This document shows, piece after piece, positions 61,423 to 64,000 of a stretch of 64,000 bases of DNA. The notes beneath the pieces are model-generated. The model saw only the letters and a program-made list of their open reading frames with translations. It made no database searches and was not told where the DNA came from. The stretch is taken from NCBI GenBank assembly GCA_013265495.1, contig MU061464.1, positions 1,630,442 to 1,694,441 on the forward strand. The letters are read 5' to 3'. Each line of letters starts with the position of its first letter. The stretch's first letter is position 1. This DNA comes from Vicugna vicugna. Its lineage: Eukaryota. The translations under genes and the position numbers were made by a program.

Positions 61423-64000
61423 CTGCAGAGGCAGAGCAAAGCAGTCGGGGTCACTCGGAGGGCCGGCAGCAGCCCGGCCCACACAGCTGTGCTGTGGCCC
61501 CAAATCACACAGCTCACAGCTGCTCACCCCGGAAAACACGAGAGTTGGGTGGTTTTCAGAGAACCACAAATACTCTGGGAGATATGAGAGCAGGCCCAGT
61601 GTATTCTCAGCTGCACTGGGAGATGCAAATATCGCTGGATGGCTTCCCACAAAACAACTGGAGGTTTTAGTGTTATTTAGTCTGAAGAATGAAGAAACTA
61701 TATGACAACTGTTGGCCCTTCACCAAGCTGGCTTCGCATAAATGGTTCATGTTTGTGATTTGTGACTGTGGGAAACTCCATGCATTGCATTATGAAGGTG
61801 ACAGATTTTTACATTTGTTGTCCAAAAATATAATCGTGCTGTTGACTGTGTTTGATTTCTTAAATCCTGGTGCAGGCGCATGCAGAATGAAGCCTTCCAG
61901 GGTCATCTGCTTTTAATGTCCCAAAATGAAGTCCTGAGGGGTTGTGCCTGGGTGCGGAGGTCAGGAGGTCAGCTGTTTAGCTATTTTAAGGCTCCAAATT
62001 TAGAACTAGTGTGCCCAAGCCCGGCGTATCTGTTTTTTAAAATATGAATGCCGAGCAACATGAACACCAGGTACATTTTAAGATGACAACTTTACCTCCG
62101 ACCTCCCGCCCCCGCCAAAAAACCCCCAAACAAACAAACAAGAGAAGTTGTTACAGTAGGCCTTTTGAAAAGGGAAACAATGGACTTTCTGTGGAGATGA
62201 ATCATTACTGAAAAGATCTGCATTTTAGGAAAAGCCTCCCTGCCTTCCTATTAGTTCTTCAGTCAAGTAAGAGTCTATGATCCTACCACAAAATCCCTGC
62301 AAGACCCTGGGCAAAACACTGAGCTCTCTGGCCCCAGTTTCAACAGCAGTGTTGTCACAGAAAGCACACAGAAGTCACTAGAAACGTGGAAATGTTAGCC
62401 ACAAGCAGTAAACAGAGGGGCAGCGGTGACAGCTCTATGACGCCGACTGTCATCGCGCGCAGCATCTCATGCGCTCCTCTGCCCAGAGGGGAAACAGCGC
62501 TGTCCTGCCAGCCATGCAGATGAGGCCACGCGGCTTCGGCAAGGCCGGGGCTTGCCGCAGGTCCCGTCAGTAAGCTGCAGGCCCTCCTTCTTGGCCCCAT
62601 GCTCCTTCCACGCTGCCTTGCCTTGGGTATAAATAGTGACTGAAGTCTAGGGTCGCATCCCATGTCATCCTCGGGACTCAGAGCTCTCCTTTGAGCGCTC
62701 AGAAAGGAAGCATCAGGGCTGATTTCCACAGGTGAACACCATCCAGCTGGATGGCCGCGGGCCAGGCTCGCGGGGCAGGGGTGACGGCCGCAGCCAGCAG
62801 GAAGAGCCCTGGTAACCGCCGGGCCTCCTCCTCTACATCCCTCACTGCTGAACGTCACCCTCCGGCCCCACTGCCCAGCGGGGCGGCCCCCATGGCGCGC
62901 TGCCCCTGTGCGCTCCGCCCCAAGCTCGGCGGCCCGGAAGGCGGAGGCCCACACGGCCCAGGCACCGACGTTTCCAAAGGCTAATTCAGAACCCGCTCCG
63001 CGTCCCTCACACACACGTGCTCTCTAAGGGCTGAGCCCCTCGCTGTGTGTCCGTGTGCACTATAAAAGTTCCTGTGGCCCGACTGAGAAGCGGATGCCCA
63101 GAGGAATGTGATAGTGCAAAGGATTCGGATCAGCAGTCATCCATTCGATAATAACAGTTTTTCCTTCCACCTCCACACTCATCCCTTACAACCCATGTAT
63201 CAGGGAGAGAGTCGCAGCCATGCGGTCTTATTAACGATGTGGCTCAATGGCCAGACTCTCACACATGGACTGGCGAGCGCCTGCAGGGCGAGCAGTCAGC
63301 TCGCACTGCGTGAGATACCTGAACACAAACGCACACACAGTTACATATGGTCATGGCAGATGCCAGAAACAATGCCGGCAGAAGATGCCCTTTGTGGACG
63401 AGGCCAGACTAACGAGGTCATCAGCCCTGCAGGTCCCCCTACCGGAGCCGTGCCAGCTAGGTCAAAGGGCTCTGATTCCTGTTGTGGCAGCAGAATGTAC
63501 TGGTTCAACGTGGGGAGTGACATGAGACAAACACGGCGAACTGGTGTGAAACCAAGAAAAATTAGAATACGTGTTCGCTTCCCTTAGAAGTCCTCATGAG
63601 ACAAGTCAACCTTGCGATTCACCCAGAGAAGGTCAGAAAACAACTGCAAAACACCTCTCGCGGGACCTGGAGAAATTAATCCTCCCCCGCAGCTCACCCC
63701 GCAGCTCTCTGCACACTTGGCACTGCTCACCATCAAACAGCAAAGATAAAGCCAGACTCTCCTTCAGTGGAAAACAGTCCTGGTTTATCCCTCGTAAGAT
63801 ACGACCGAGTAGCGTGCATGGAAAAAAGTTATACCGTCAGGATTTATTCTCTACAACTCCATAAAACTCACAGTCCCTGCTAACACGGACTTTACCACTT
63901 CACTTGAGGCAGTTCCCAAACCGGAAACCTCAACCTGCAACAACGTGCGATTCGCGTTCTCCAGGAGGTCGCTGCCTCGCCTACAAACGGAGGCCGGCCC

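Noticed and set aside
62355-63014. 219-aa minus-strand ORF as an extra TGFBR3 exon
   Set aside because: The peptide does not resemble the betaglycan ZP domain and no fitting splice sites were found. Exon 13 appears to lie beyond the window.
1-64000. CRISPR arrays, rRNA, prokaryotic or phage systems
   Set aside because: The sequence is mammalian intron/intergenic DNA, with no repeat-spacer periodicity or operon-like coding density.

Overview
This is mammalian genomic DNA, most likely a camelid: a Vic-1-type tRNA-derived SINE sits at 15.6 kb. The right third holds the 3' end of TGFBR3 (betaglycan) on the minus strand. It includes the last four coding exons (61302-61422, 53965-54006, 50985-51092, 41137-41255), which splice in frame with GT-AG sites, and a ~3.3 kb 3' UTR ending at an AATAAA near 37884. 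The left ~38 kb is intergenic. It carries an orphan CpG island (~1.05-1.9 kb) and many interspersed repeats: L1, L2, MIR, MLT1, ERV1/ERVL LTRs and a full-length Tigger1. No other protein-coding gene is recognisable, and the long GC-rich ORFs look spurious. Two leads stand out. (1) There are candidate intronic polyadenylation sites downstream of exons 14, 15 and 16; the intron 15 one would encode a secreted, TM-less betaglycan. (2) Local AT-to-GC substitution peaks, resembling GC-biased gene conversion, appear in ancient repeats and in TGFBR3 exon 16, where a conserved transmembrane Tyr is Cys. Repeat family names and all comparisons to human or consensus sequences come from memory, not from a database search. 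Exon and residue numbers follow recalled human annotation.
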